Positions 25,801-40,800 of a stretch of DNA of 64,000 nucleotides are shown piece after piece. The stretch is from Antedon mediterranea. Its lineage: Eukaryota > Animalia > Echinodermata. The position numbers and the translations under genes are program-made. The DNA is taken from assembly GCF_964355755.1 (NCBI RefSeq), contig NC_092679.1, positions 2,448,201 through 2,512,200 on the forward strand. Reading direction: 5' to 3'. The notes beneath the pieces were generated by a model. It was not told where the DNA came from, searched no databases, and worked only from the letters and a program-made list of their open reading frames with translations. The first letter of the stretch is position 1, and each line of letters begins with the position of its first letter.

Positions 25801-28800
25801 AGTCTCCTCTTCTTAATTGCCTAACTCACACAGCTGACTTAGGCAGAAACACAAAAAAACAATCTGAGCATGTGCAAATGTATATAAAAGCACTCAGATA
25901 ATGTACAGAGGGCAGTATAATGATATAAGCAGTGAGTTAGGCAGATCATAAGTCAGCTCTCCTTAATTGCCTAAGTCACACAGCTGACTTAGGCAGAAAC
26001 ACAAAAAATATAGTATAATGATATAAGCAGTGAGTTAGGCAGAAAAACAAACAAAAATTATGACTTAGACACTTTAGTTATGAGGCTGTCGATATCATCT
26101 ATATACAAAAAATGCTACCTAATTAAGTAACACAATTTAATAGCATCAGCTCTTCGGATTAAAATTAACACTGATGATTTTAGAAAAGGAAAGTAGCAAT
26201 AAAAGAGAAAGGATTTGTAACAAATGGGTTAAAAAATTAACTATAAAAATGTATTTCTTATTTTATTTAAAAAATCATGACTCTCCTCTCCTTAATTGCC
26301 TAAGTCACACAGCTGACTTAGGCAGAAACACAAAAAACGATCTGAGCATGTGCAAATGTATATAAAAGCACTCAGATAATGTACAGAGGGCAGTATAATG
26401 ATATAAGCAGTGAGTTAGGCAGATCATAAGTCAGCTCTCCTTCATTGCCTAAGTCACACAGCTGACTTAGGCAGAAACACAAAAAATATAGTATATTGAT
26501 ATAAGCAGTGAGTTAGGCAGAAAAACAAAACAAAAATTATGACTTAGACATTTTTTTATGAGGCTGTCCATATCATCTATATACAAAAAATGCTACCTTT
26601 AAGTAGCAAAATTTAATAGCATCAGCTCTTCGGATTAAAATTAACACTGATGATTTTAGAAAAGGAAAGTAGCAATAAAAGAGAAAGAATTTGTAACAAA
26701 TGGGTTAAAAAATATACTATAAAAATGTATTTCTTATTTTATTTAAAAAATCATGAGTCTCCTCTCCTTAATTGCCTAAGTCACACAGCTGAGTTATGCA
26801 GAAACACAAAAAACAATCTGAGCATGTACAAATGTATATAAAAGCACTCAGATAATGTACAGAGGGCAGTATAATAATATAAGCAATGAGTTAGGCAGAT
26901 CTTAAGTAAGCTCTCCTTAATTGCCTAAGTCACACAGCTGACTTAGGCAGAAACACAAAAAATATAGTATAATGATATAAGCAGTGAGTTAGGCAGAAAA
27001 ACCAAAAAAAATTATGACTTAGACACTTTAGTTATGAGGCTGTCGATATCATCTATATACAAAAAATGCTACCTTTTAGTAACAAAATTTAATAGCATCA
27101 GCTCTTCGGATTAAAATTAACACTGATGATTTTAGAAAAAGAAAGTAGAAATAAAAGAGAAAGAATTTGTAACAAATGGGTTAAAAAATATACTATAAAA
27201 ATGTATTTCTTATTTTATTTAAAAAATCATGAGTCTCCTCTCCTTAATTGCCTAAGTCACACAGCTGACTTAGGCAGAAACACAAAAACGATCTGAGCAT
27301 GTGCAAATGTATATAAAAGCACCCAGATAATGTACAGAGGGCAGTATAATGATATAAGCAGTGAGTTAGGCAGATCATAAGTCAGCTCTCCTTAATTGCC
27401 TAAGTCACACAGCTGACTTAGGCAGAAACACAAAAAATATAGTATAATGATATAAGCAGTGAGTTAGGCAGAAAAACAAACAAAAATTATGACTTAGACA
27501 CTTTAGTTATGAGGCTGTCGATATCATCTATATACAAAAAATGCTACCTTTAAGTAACAAAATTTAATAGCATCAGCTCTTCGGATTAAAATTAACACTG
27601 ATGATTTTAGAAACGGAAAGTAGCAATAAAAAAGAAAGAATTTGTAACAAATGGGTTAAAAAATTAACTATAAAAATGTATTTCTTATTTTATTTAAAAA
27701 ATCATGAGTCTCCTCTCCTTAATTGCCTAAGTCACACAGCTGACTTAGGCAGAAACACAAAAAACGATCTGAGCATGTGCAAATGTATATAAAAGCACTC
27801 AGATAATGTACAGAGGGCAGTATAATGATATAAGCAGTGAGTTAGGCAGATCATAAGTCAGCTCTCCTTAATTGCCTAAGTCACACAGCTGACTTAGGCA
27901 GAAACACAAAAAATATAGTATATTGATATAAGCAGTGAGTTAGGCAGAAAAACAAAACAAAAATTATGACTTAGACATTTTTTTATGAGGCTGTCCATAT
28001 CATCTATATACAAAAAATTCTACCTTTAAGTAGCAAAATTTAATAGCATCAGCTCTTCGGATTAAAATTAACACTGATGATTTTAGAAAAGGAAAGTAGC
28101 AATAAAAGAGAAAGAATTTGTAACAAATGGGTTAAAAAATATACTAAAAATGTATTTCTTATTTTATTTAAAAAATCATGAGTCTCCTCTCCTTAATTGC
28201 CTAAGTCACACAGCTGAGTTATGCAGAAACACAAAAAACAATCTGAGCATGTACAAATGTATATAAAAGCACTCAGATAATGTACAGAGGGCAGTATAAT
28301 AATATAAGCAATGAGTTAGGCAGATCTTAAGTAAGCTCTCCTTAATTGCCTAAGTCACACAGCTGACTTAGGCAGAAACACAAAAAATATAGTATAATGA
28401 TATAAGCAGTGAGTTAGGCAGAAAAACCAAAAAAAAATTATGACTTAGACACTTTAGTTATGAGGCTGTCGATATCATCTATATACAAAAAATGCTACCT
28501 TTTAGTAACAAAATTTAATAGCATCAGCTCTTCGGATTAAAATTAACACTGATGATTTTAGAAAAAGAAAGTAGCAATAAAAGAGAAAGAATTTGTAACA
28601 AATGGGTTAAAAAACATACTATAAAAATGTATTTCTTATTTTATTTAAAAAATCATGAGTCTCCTCTCCTTAATTGCCTAAGTCACACAGCTGACTTAGG
28701 CAGAAACACAAAAACGATCTGAGCATGTGCAAATGTATATAAAAGCACTCAGATAATGTACAGAGGGCAGTATAATGATATAAGCAGTGAGTTAGGCAGA

Positions 28801-31800
28801 TCATAAGTCAGCTCTCCTTAATTGCCTAAGTCACACAGCTGACTTAGGCAGAAACACAAAAAATATAGTATAATGATATAAGCAGTGAGTTAGGCAGAAA
28901 AACAAACAAAAATTATGACTTAGACACTTTAGTTATGAGGCTGTCGATATCATCTATATACAAAAAATGCTACCTTTAAGTAACAAAATTTAATAGCATC
29001 AGCTCTTCGGATTAAAATTAACACTGATGATTTTAGAAACGGAAAGTAGCAATAAAAAAGAAAGAATTTGTAACAAATGGGTTAAAAAATTAACTATAAA
29101 AATGTATTTCTTATTTTATTTAAAAAATCATGAGTCTCCTCTCCTTAATTGCCTAAGTCACACAGCTGACTTAGGCAGAAACACAAAAAACGATCTGAGC
29201 ATGTGCAAATGTATATAAAAGCACTCAGATAATGTACAGAGGGCAGTATAATGATATAAGCAGTGAGTTAGGCAGATCATAAGTCAGCTCTCCTTAATTG
29301 CCTAAGTCACACAGCTGACTTAGGCAGAAACACAAAAAATATAGTATATTGATATAAGCAGTGAGTTAGGCAGAAAAACAAAACAAAAATTATGACTTAG
29401 ACATTTTTTTATGAGGCTGTCCATATCATCTATATACAAAAAATGCTACCTTTAAGTAGCAAAATTTAATAGCATCAGCTCTTCGGATTAAAATTAACAC
29501 TGATGATTTTAGAAAAGGAAAGTAGCAATAAAAGAGAAAGAATTTGTAACAAATGGGTTAAAAAATATACTAAAAATGTATTTCTTATTTTATTTAAAAA
29601 ATCATGAGTCTCCTCTCCTTAATTGCCTAAGTCACACAGCTGAGTTATGCAGAAACACAAAAAACAATCTGAGCATGTACAAATGTATATAAAAGCACTC
29701 AGATAATGTACAGAGGGCAGTATAATAATATAAGCAATGAGTTAGGCAGATCTCAAGTCAGCTCTCCTTAATTGCCTAAGTCACACAGCTGACTTAGGCA
29801 GAAACACAAAAAATATAGTATAATGATATAAGCAGTGAGTTAGGCAGAAAAACCAACAAAAAATTATGACTTAGACACTTTAGTTATGAGGCTGTCGATA
29901 TCATCTATATACAAAAAATGCTACCTTTAAGTAACAAAATTTAATAGCATCAGCTCTTCGGATTAAAATTAACACTGATGATTTTAGAAAAAGAAAGTAG
30001 CAATAAAAGAGAAAGAATTTCTAACAAATGGGTTAAAAAATATACTATAAAAATGTATTTCTTATTTTATTTAAAAAATCATGAGTCTCCTCTCCTTAAT
30101 TGCCTAAGTCACACAGCTGACTTAGGCAGAAACACAAAAAAACAATCTGAGCATGTGCAAATGTATATAAAAGCACTCAGATAATGTACAGAGGGCAGTA
30201 TAATGATATAAGCAGTGAGTTAGGCAGATCTCAAGTCAGCTCTCCTTAATTGCCTAAGTCACACAGTTGACTTAGGCAGAAACACAAAAAATATAGTATA
30301 TTGATATAACCAGTGAGTTAGGCAGAAAAACAAAACAAAAATTATGACTTAGACACTTTTGTTATGAGGCTGTCCATATCATCTATATACAAAAAATGCT
30401 ACCTTTAAGTAACAAAATTTAGTAGCATCAGCTCTTCGGATTAAAATTAACACTGATGATTTTAGAAAAAGAAAGTAGCAATAAAAGAGAAAGAATTTGT
30501 AACAAATGGGTTAAAAAATATACTATAAAAATGTATTTCTTATTTTATTTAAAAAATCATGAGTCTCCTCTCCTTAATTGCCTAAGTCACACAGCTGACT
30601 TAGGCAGAAACACAAAAACGATCTGAGCATGTGCAAATGTATATAAAAGCACTCAGATAATGTACAGAGGGCAGTATAATGATATAAGCAGTGAGTTAGG
30701 CAGATCATAAGTCAGCTCTCCTTAATTGCCTAAGTCACACAGCTGATTTAGGCAGAAACACAAAAAATATAGTATAATGATATAAGCAGTGAGTTAAGCA
30801 GAAAAACAAACAAAAATTATGACTTAGACACTTTAGTTATGAGGCTGTCGATATCATCTATATACAAAAAATGCTACCTTTAAGTAACAAAATTTAATAG
30901 CATCAGCTCTTCGGATTAAAATTAACACTGATGATTTTAGAAAAGGAAAGTAGCAATAAAAAAGAAAGAATTTGTAACAAATGGGTTAAAAAATTAACTA
31001 TAAAAATGTATTTCTTATTTTATTTAAAAAATCATGACTCTCCTCTCCTTAATTGCCTAAGTCACACAGCTGACTTAGGCAGAAACACAAAAAACGATCT
31101 GAGCATGTGCAAATGTATATAAAAGCACTCAGATAATGTACAGAGGGCAGTATAATGATATAAGCAGTGAGTTAGGCAGATCATAAGTCAGCTCTCCTTA
31201 ATTGCCTAAGTCACACTGCTGACTTAGGCAGAAACACAAAAAATATAGTATATTGATATAATCAGTGAGTTAGGCAGAAAAACAAAACAAAAATTATGAC
31301 TTAGACATTTTTTTATGAGGCTGTCCATATCATCTATATACCAAAAATGCTACCTTTAAGTAGCAAAATTTAATACCAACAGCTCTTCGGATTAAAATTA
31401 ACACTGATGATTTTAGAAAAGGAAAGTAGCCATAAAAGAGAAAGAATTTGTAACAAATGGGTTAAAAAATATACTATAAAAATGTATTTCTTATTTTATT
31501 TAAAAAATCATGAGTCTCCTCTCCTTAATTGCCTAAGTCACACAGCTGACTTAGGCAGAAACACAAAAAACAATCTGAGCATGTACAAATGTATATAAAA
31601 GCACTCAGATAATGTACAGAGGGCAGTATAATAATATAAGCAATGAGTTAGGCAGATCTCAAGTAAGCTCTCCTTAATTTCCTAAGTCACACAGCTGACT
31701 TAGGCAGAAACACAAAAAATATAGTATAATGATATAAGCAGTGAGTTAGGCAGAAAAACAAAAAAAAATTATGACTTAGACACTTTAGTTATGAGGCTGT

Positions 31801-34800
31801 CGATATCATCTATATACAAAAAATGCTACCTTTTAGTAACAAAATTTAATAGCATCAGCTCTTCGGATTAGAATTAACACTGATGATTTTAGAAAAAGAA
31901 AGTAGCAATAAAAGAGAAAGAATTTGTAACAAATGGGTTAAAAAATATACTATAAAAATGTATTTCTTATTTTATTTAAAAAATCATGAGTCTCCTCTTC
32001 TTAATTGCCTAACTCACACAGCTGACTTAGGCAGAAACACAAAAAAACAATCTGAGCATGTGCAAATGTATATAAAAGCACTCAGATAATGTACAGAGGG
32101 CAGTATAATGATATAAGCAGTGAGTTAGGCAGATCATAAGTCAGCTCTCCTTAATTGCCTAAGTCACACAGCTGACTTAGGCAGAAACACAAAAAATATA
32201 GTATAATGATATAAGCAGTGAGTTAGGCAGAAAAACCAAAAAAAAATTATGACTTAGACACTTTAGTTATGAGGCTGTCGATATCATCTATATACAAAAA
32301 ATGCTACCTTTAAGTAACACAATTTAATAGCATCAGCTCTTCGGATTAAAATTAACACTGATGATTTTAGAAAAGGAAAGTAGCAATAAAAGAGAAAGGA
32401 TTTGTAACAAATGGGTTAAAAAATTAACTATAAAAATGTATTTCTTATTATATTTAAAAAATCATGACTCTCTTCTCCTTAATTGCCTAAGTCACACAGC
32501 TGACTTAGGCAGAAACACAAAAAACGATCTGAGCATGTGCAAATGTATATAAAAGCACTCAGATAATGTACAGAGGGCAGTATAATGATATAAGCAGTGA
32601 GTTAGGCAGATCATAAGTCAGCTCTCCTTCATTGCCTAAGTCACAAAGCTGACTTAGGCAGAAACACAAAAAATATAGTATATTGATATAAGCAGTGAGT
32701 TAGGCAGAAAAACAAAACAAAAATTATGACTTAGACATTTTTTTATGAGGCTGTCCATATCATCTATATACAAAAAATGCTACCTTTAAGTAGCAAAATT
32801 TAATAGCATCAGCTCTTCGGATTAAAATTAACACTGATGATTTTAGAAAAGGAAAGTAGCAATAAAAGAGAAAGAATTTGTAACAAATGGGTTAAAAAAT
32901 ATACTATAAAAATGTATTTCTTATTTTATTTAAAAAATCATGAGTCTCCTCTCCTTAATTGCCTAAGTCACACAGCTGAGTTATGCAGAAACACAAAAAA
33001 CAATCTGAGCATGTACAAATGTATATAAAAGCACTCAGATAATGTACAGAGGGCAGTATAATAATATAAGCAATGAGTTAGGCAGATCTTAAGTAAGCTC
33101 TCCTTAATTGCCTAAGTCACAGAGCTGACTTAGGCAGAAACACAAAAAATATAGTATAATGATATAAGCAGTGAGTTAGGCAGAAAAACCAAAAAAAATT
33201 ATGACTTAGACACTTTAGTTATGAGGCTGTCGATATCATCTATATACAAAAAATGCTACCTTTTAGTAACAAAATTTAATAGCATCAGCTCTTCGGATTA
33301 AAATTAACACTGATGATTTTAGAAAAAGAAAGTAGCAATAAAAGAGAAAGAATTTGTAACAAATGGGTTAAAAAATATACTATCAAAATGTATTTCTTAT
33401 TTTATTTAAAAAATCATGAGTCTCCTCTCCTTAATTGCCTAAGTCACACAGCTGACTTAGGCAGAAACACAAAAACGATCTGAGCATGTGCAAATGTATA
33501 TAAAAGCACTCAGATAATGTACAGAGGGCAGGATAATGATATAAGCAGTGAGTTAGGCAGATCATAAGTCAGCTCTCCTTAATTGCCTAAGTCACACAGC
33601 TGACTTAGGCAGAAACACAAAAAATATAGTATAATGATATAAGCAGTGAGTTAGGCAGAAAAACAAACAAAAATTATGACTTAGACACTTTAGTTATGAG
33701 GCTGTCGATATCATCTATATACAAAAAATGCTACCTTTAAGTAACAAAATTTAATAGCATCAGCTCTTCGGATTAAAATTAACACTGATGATTTTAGAAA
33801 CGGAAAGTAGCAATAAAAAAGAAAGAATTTGTAACAAATGGGTTAAAAAATTAACTATAAAAATGTATTTCTTATTTTATTTAAAAAATCATGAGTCTCC
33901 TCTCCTTAATTGCCTAAGTCACACAGCTGACTTAGGCAGAAACACAAAAAACGATCTGAGCATGTGCAAATGTATATAAAAGCACTCAGATAATGTACAG
34001 AGGGCAGTTTAATGATATAAGCAGTGAGTTAGGCAGATCATAAGTCAGCTCTCCTTAATTGCCTAAGTCACACAGCTGACTTAGGCAGAAACACAAAAAA
34101 TATAGTATAATGATATAAGCAGTGAGTTAGGCAGAAAAACAAACAAAAATTATGACTTAGACACTTTAGTTATGAGGCTGTCGATATCATCTATATACAA
34201 AAAATGCTACCTTTAAGTAACAAAATTTAATAGCATCAGCTCTTCGGATTAAAATTAACACTGATGATTTTAGAAACGGAAAGTAGAAATAAAAAAGAAA
34301 GAATTTGTAACAAATGGGTTAAAAAATTAACTATAAAAATGTATTTCTTATTTTATTTAAAAAATCATGAGTCTCCTCTCCTTAATTGCCTAAGTCACAC
34401 AGCTGACTTAGGCAGAAACACAAAAAACGATCTGAGCATGTGCAAATGTATATAAAAGCACTCAGATAATGTACAGAGGGCAGTTTAATGATATAAGCAG
34501 TGAGTTAGGCAGATCATAAGTCAGCTCTCCTTAATTGCCTAAGTCACACAGCTGACTTAGGCAGAAACACAAAAAATATAGTATATTGATATAAGCAGTG
34601 AGTTAGGCAGAAAAACAAAACAAAAATTATGACTTAGACATTTTTTTATGAGGCTGTCCATATCATCTATATACAAAAAATTCTACCTTTAAGTAGCAAA
34701 ATTTAATAGCATCAGCTCTTCGGATTAAAATTAACACTGATGATTTTAGAAAAGGAAAGTAGCAATAAAAGAGAAAGAATTTGTAACAAATGGGTTAAAA

Positions 34801-37800
34801 AATATACTAAAAATGTATTTCTTATTTTATTTAAAAAATCATGAGTCTCCTCTCCTTAATTGCCTAAGTCACACAGCTGAGTTATGCAGAAACACAAAAA
34901 ACAATCTGAGCATGTACAAATGTATATAAAAGCACTCAGATAATGTACAGAGGGCAGTATAATAATATAAGCAATGAGTTAGGCAGATCTTAAGTAAGCT
35001 CTCCTTAATTGCCTAAGTCACAGAGCTGACTTAGGCAGAAACACAAAAAATATAGTATAATGATATAAGCAGTGAGTTAGGCAGAAAAACCAAAAAAAAT
35101 TATGACTTAGACACTTTAGTTATGAGGCTGTCGATATCATCTATATACAAAAAATGCTACCTTTTAGTAACAAAATTTAATAGCATCAGCTCTTCGGATT
35201 AAAATTAACACTGATGATTTTAGAAAAAGAAAGTAGCAATAAAAGAGAAAGAATTTGTAACAAATGGGTTAAAAAATATACTATAAAAATGTATTTCTTA
35301 TTTTATTTAAAAAATCATGAGTCTCCTCTCCTTAATTGCCTAAGTCACACAGCTGACTTAGGCAGAAACACAAAAACGATCTGAGCATGTGCAAATGTAT
35401 ATAAAAGCACTCAGATAATGTACAGAGGGCAGGATAATGATATAAGCAGTGAGTTAGGCAGATCATAAGTCAGCTCTCCTTAATTGCCTAAGTCACACAG
35501 CTGACTTAGGCAGAAACACAAAAAATATAGTATAATGATATAAGCAGTGAGTTAGGCAGAAAAACAAACAAAAATTATGACTTAGACACTTTAGTTATGA
35601 GGCTGTCGATATCATCTATATACAAAAAATGCTACCTTTAAGTAACAAAATTTAATAGCATCAGCTCTTCGGATTAAAATTAACACTGATGATTTTAGAA
35701 ACGGAAAGTAGCAATAAAAAAGAAAGAATTTGTAACAAATGGGTTAAAAAATTAACTATAAAAATGTATTTCTTATTTTATTTAAAAAATCATGAGTCTC
35801 CTCTCCTTAATTGCCTAAGTCACACAGCTGACTTAGGCAGAAACACAAAAAACGATCTGAGCATGTGCAAATGTATATAAAAGCACTCAGATAATGTACA
35901 GAGGGCAGTTTAATGATATAAGCAGTGAGTTAGGCAGATCATAAGTCAGCTCTCCTTAATTGCCTAAGTCACACAGCTGACTTAGGCAGAAACACAAAAA
36001 ATATAGTATAATGATATAAGCAGTGAGTTAGGCAGAAAAACAAACAAAAATTATGACTTAGACACTTTAGTTATGAGGCTGTCGATATCATCTATATACA
36101 AAAAATGCTACCTTTAAGTAACAAAATTTAATAGCATCAGCTCTTCGGATTAAAATTAACACTGATGATTTTAGAAACGGAAAGTAGAAATAAAAAAGAA
36201 AGAATTTGTAACAAATGGGTTAAAAAATTAACTATAAAAATGTATTTCTTATTTTATTTAAAAAATCATGAGTCTCCTCTCCTTAATTGCCTAAGTCACA
36301 CAGCTGACTTAGGCAGAAACACAAAAAACGATCTGAGCATGTGCAAATGTATATAAAAGCACTCAGATAATGTACAGAGGGCAGTTTAATGATATAAGCA
36401 GTGAGTTAGGCAGATCATAAGTCAGCTCTCCTTAATTGCCTAAGTCACACAGCTGACTTAGGCAGAAACACAAAAAATATAGTATATTGATATAAGCAGT
36501 GAGTTAGGCAGAAAAACAAAACAAAAATTATGACTTAGACATTTTTTTATGAGGCTGTCCATATCATCTATATACAAAAAATTCTACCTTTAAGTAGCAA
36601 AATTTAATAGCATCAGCTCTTCGGATTAAAATTAACACTGATGATTTTAGAAAAGGAAAGTAGCAATAAAAGAGAAAGAATTTGTAACAAATGGGTTAAA
36701 AAATATACTAAAAATGTATTTCTTATTTTATTTAAAAAATCATGAGTCTCCTCTCCTTAATTGCCTAAGTCACACAGCTGAGTTATGCAGAAACACAAAA
36801 AACAATCTGAGCATGTACAAATGTATATAAAAGCACTCAGATAATGTACAGAGGGCAGTATAATAATATAAGCAATGAGTTAGGCAGATCTTAAGTAAGC
36901 TCTCCTTAATTGCCTAAGTCACAGAGCTGACTTAGGCAGAAACACAAAAAATATAGTATAATGATATAAGCAGTGAGTTAGGCAGAAAAACCAAAAAAAA
37001 TTATGACTTAGACACTTTAGTTATGAGGCTGTCGATATCATCTATATACAAAAAATGCTACCTTTTAGTAACAAAATTTAATAGCATCAGCTCTTCGGAT
37101 TAAAATTAACACTGATGATTTTAGAAAAAGAAAGTAGCAATAAAAGAGAAAGAATTTGTAACAAATGGGTTAAAAAATATACTATAAAAATGTATTTCTT
37201 ATTTTATTTAAAAAATCATGAGTCTCCTCTCCTTAATTGCCTAAGTCACACAGCTGACTTAGGCAGAAACACAAAAACGATCTGAGCATGTGCAAATGTA
37301 TATAAAAGCACTCAGATAATGTACAGAGGGCAGGATAATGATATAAGCAGTGAGTTAGGCAGATCATAAGTCAGCTCTCCTTAATTGCCTAAGTCACACA
37401 GCTGACTTAGGCAGAAACACAAAAAATATAGTATAATGATATAAGCAGTGAGTTAGGCAGAAAAACAAACAAAAATTATGACTTAGACACTTTAGTTATG
37501 AGGCTGTCGATATCATCTATATACAAAAAATGCTACCTTTAAGTAACAAAATTTAATAGCATCAGCTCTTCGGATTAAAATTAACACTGATGATTTTAGA
37601 AACGGAAAGTAGCAATAAAAAAGAAAGAATTTGTAACAAATGGGTTAAAAAATTAACTATAAAAATGTATTTCTTATTTTATTTAAAAAATCATGAGTCT
37701 CCTCTCCTTAATTGCCTAAGTCACACAGCTGACTTAGGCAGAAACACAAAAAACGATCTGAGCATGTGCAAATGTATATAAAAGCACTCAGATAATGTAC

Positions 37801-40800
37801 AGAGGGCAGTTTAATGATATAAGCAGTGAGTTAGGCAGATCATAAGTCAGCTCTCCTTAATTGCCTAAGTCACACAGCTGACTTAGGCAGAAACACAAAA
37901 AATATAGTATAATGATATAAGCAGTGAGTTAGGCAGAAAAACAAACAAAAATTATGACTTAGACACTTTAGTTATGAGGCTGTCGATATCATCTATATAC
38001 AAAAAATGCTACCTTTAAGTAACAAAATTTAATAGCATCAGCTCTTCGGATTAAAATTAACACTGATGATTTTAGAAACGGAAAGTAGCAATAAAAAAGA
38101 AAGAATTTGTAACAAATGGGTTAAAAAATTAACTATAAAAATGTATTTCTTATTTTATTTAAAAAATCATGAGTCTCCTCTCCTTAATTGCCTAAGTCAC
38201 ACAGCTGACTTAGGCAGAAACACAAAAAACGATCTGAGCATGTGCAAATGTATATAAAAGCACTCAGATAATGTACAGAGGGCAGTTTAATGATATAAGC
38301 AGTGAGTTAGGCAGATCATAAGTCAGCTCTCCTTAATTGCCTAAGTCACACAGCTGACTTAGGCAGAAACACAAAAAATATAGTATATTGATATAAGCAG
38401 TGAGTTAGGCAGAAAAACAAAACAAAAATTATGACTTAGACATTTTTTTATGAGGCTGTCCATATCATCTATATACAAAAAATTCTACCTTTAAGTAGCA
38501 AAATTTAATAGCATCAGCTCTTCGGATTAAAATTAACACTGATGATTTTAGAAAAGGAAAGTAGCAATAAAAGAGAAAGAATTTGTAACAAATGGGTTAA
38601 AAAATATACTAAAAATGTATTTCTTATTTTATTTAAAAAATCATGAGTCTCCTCTCCTTAATTGCCTAAGTCACACAGCTGAGTTATGCAGAAACACAAA
38701 AAACAATCTGAGCATGTACAAATGTATATAAAAGCACTCAGATAATGTACAGAGGGCAGTATAATAATATAAGCAATGAGTTAGGCAGATCTCAAGTCAG
38801 CTCTCCTTAATTGCCTAAGTCACACAGCTGACTTAGGCAGAAACACAAAAAATATAGTATAATGATATAAGCAGTGAGTTAGGCAGAAAAACCAAAAAAA
38901 AATTATGACTTAGACACTTTAGTTATGAGGCTGTCGATATCATCTATATACAAAAAATGCTACCTTTAAGTAACAAAATTTAATAGCATCAGCTCTTCGG
39001 ATTAAAATTAACACTGATGATTTTAGAAAAAGAAAGTAGCAATAAAAGAGAAAGAATTTCTAACAAATGGGTTAAAAAATATACTATAAAAATGTATTTC
39101 TTATTTTATTTAAAAAATCATGAGTCTCCTCTCCTTAATTGCCTAAGTCACACAGCTGACTTAGGCAGAAACACAAAAAAAACAATCTGAGCATGTGCAA
39201 ATGTATATAAAAGCACTCAGATAATGTACAGAGGGCAGTATAATGATATAAGCAGTGAGTTAGGCAGATCTCAAGTCAGCTCTCCTTAATTGCCTAAGTC
39301 ACACAGTTGACTTAGGCAGAAACACAAACAATATAGTATATTGATATAACCAGTGAGTTAGGCAGAAAAACAAAACAAAAATTATGACTTAGACACTTTT
39401 GTTATGAGGCTGTCCATATCATCTATATACAAAAAATGCTACCTTTAAGTAACAAAATTTAGTAGCATCAGCTCTTCGGATTAAAATTAACACTGATGAT
39501 TTTAGAAAAAGAAAGTAGCAATAAAAGAGAAAGAATTTGTAACAAATGGGTTAAAAAATATACTATAAAAATGTATTTCTTATTTTATTTAAAAAATCAT
39601 GAGTCTCCTCTCCTTAATTGCCTAAGTCACACAGCTGACTTAGGCAGAAACACAAAAACGATCTGAGCATGTGCAAATGTATATAAAAGCACTCAGATAA
39701 TGTACAGAGGGCAGTATAATGATATAAGCAGTGAGTTAGGCAGATCATAAGTCAGCTCTCCTTAATTGCCTAAGTCACACAGCTGATTTAGGCAGAAACA
39801 CAAAAAATATAGTATAATGATATAAGCAGTGAGTTAAGCAGAAAAACAAACAAAAATTATGACTTAGACACTTTAGTTATGAGGCTGTCGATATCATCTA
39901 TATACAAAAAATGCTACCTTTAAGTAACAAAATTTAATAGCATCAGTTCTTCGGATTAAAATTAACACTGATGATTTTAGAAAAGGAAAGTAGCAATAAA
40001 AGAGAAAGAATTTGTAACAAATGGGTTAAAAAATTAACTATAAAAATGTATTTCTTATTTTATTTAAAAAATCATGAGTCTCCTCTCCTTAATTGCCTAA
40101 GTCACACAGCTGACTTAGGCAGAAACACAAAAAACGATCTGAGCATGTGCAAATGTATATAAAAGCACTCAGATAATGTACAGAGGGCAGTATAATGATA
40201 TAAGCAGTGAGTTAGGCAGATCATAAGTCAGCTCTCCTTAATTGCCTAAGTCACACAGCTGACTTAGGCAGAAACACAAAAAATATAGTATATTGATATA
40301 AGCAGTGAGTTAGGAAGAAAAACAAAACAAAAATTATGACCTAGACATTTTTTTATGAGGCTGTCCATATCATCTATATACAAAAAATGCTACCTTTAAG
40401 TAGCAAAATTTAATAGCATCAGCTCTTCGGATTAAAATTAACACTGATGATTTTAGAAAAGGAAAGTAGCAATAAAAGAGAAAGAATTTGTAACAAATGG
40501 GTAAAAAAATATACTAAAAATGTATTTCTTATTTTATTTAAAAAATCATGAGTCTCCTCTCCTTAATTGCCTAAGTCACACAGCTGAGTTATGCAGAAAC
40601 ACAAAAAACAATCTGAGCATGTACAAATGTATATAAAAGCACTCAGATAATGTACAGAGGGCAGTATAATAATATAAGCAATGAGTTAGGCAGATCTCAA
40701 GTCAGCTCTCCTTAATTGCCTAAGTCACACAGCTGACTTAGGCAGAAACACAAAAAATATAGTATAATGATATAAGCAGTGAGTTAGGCAGAAAAACCAA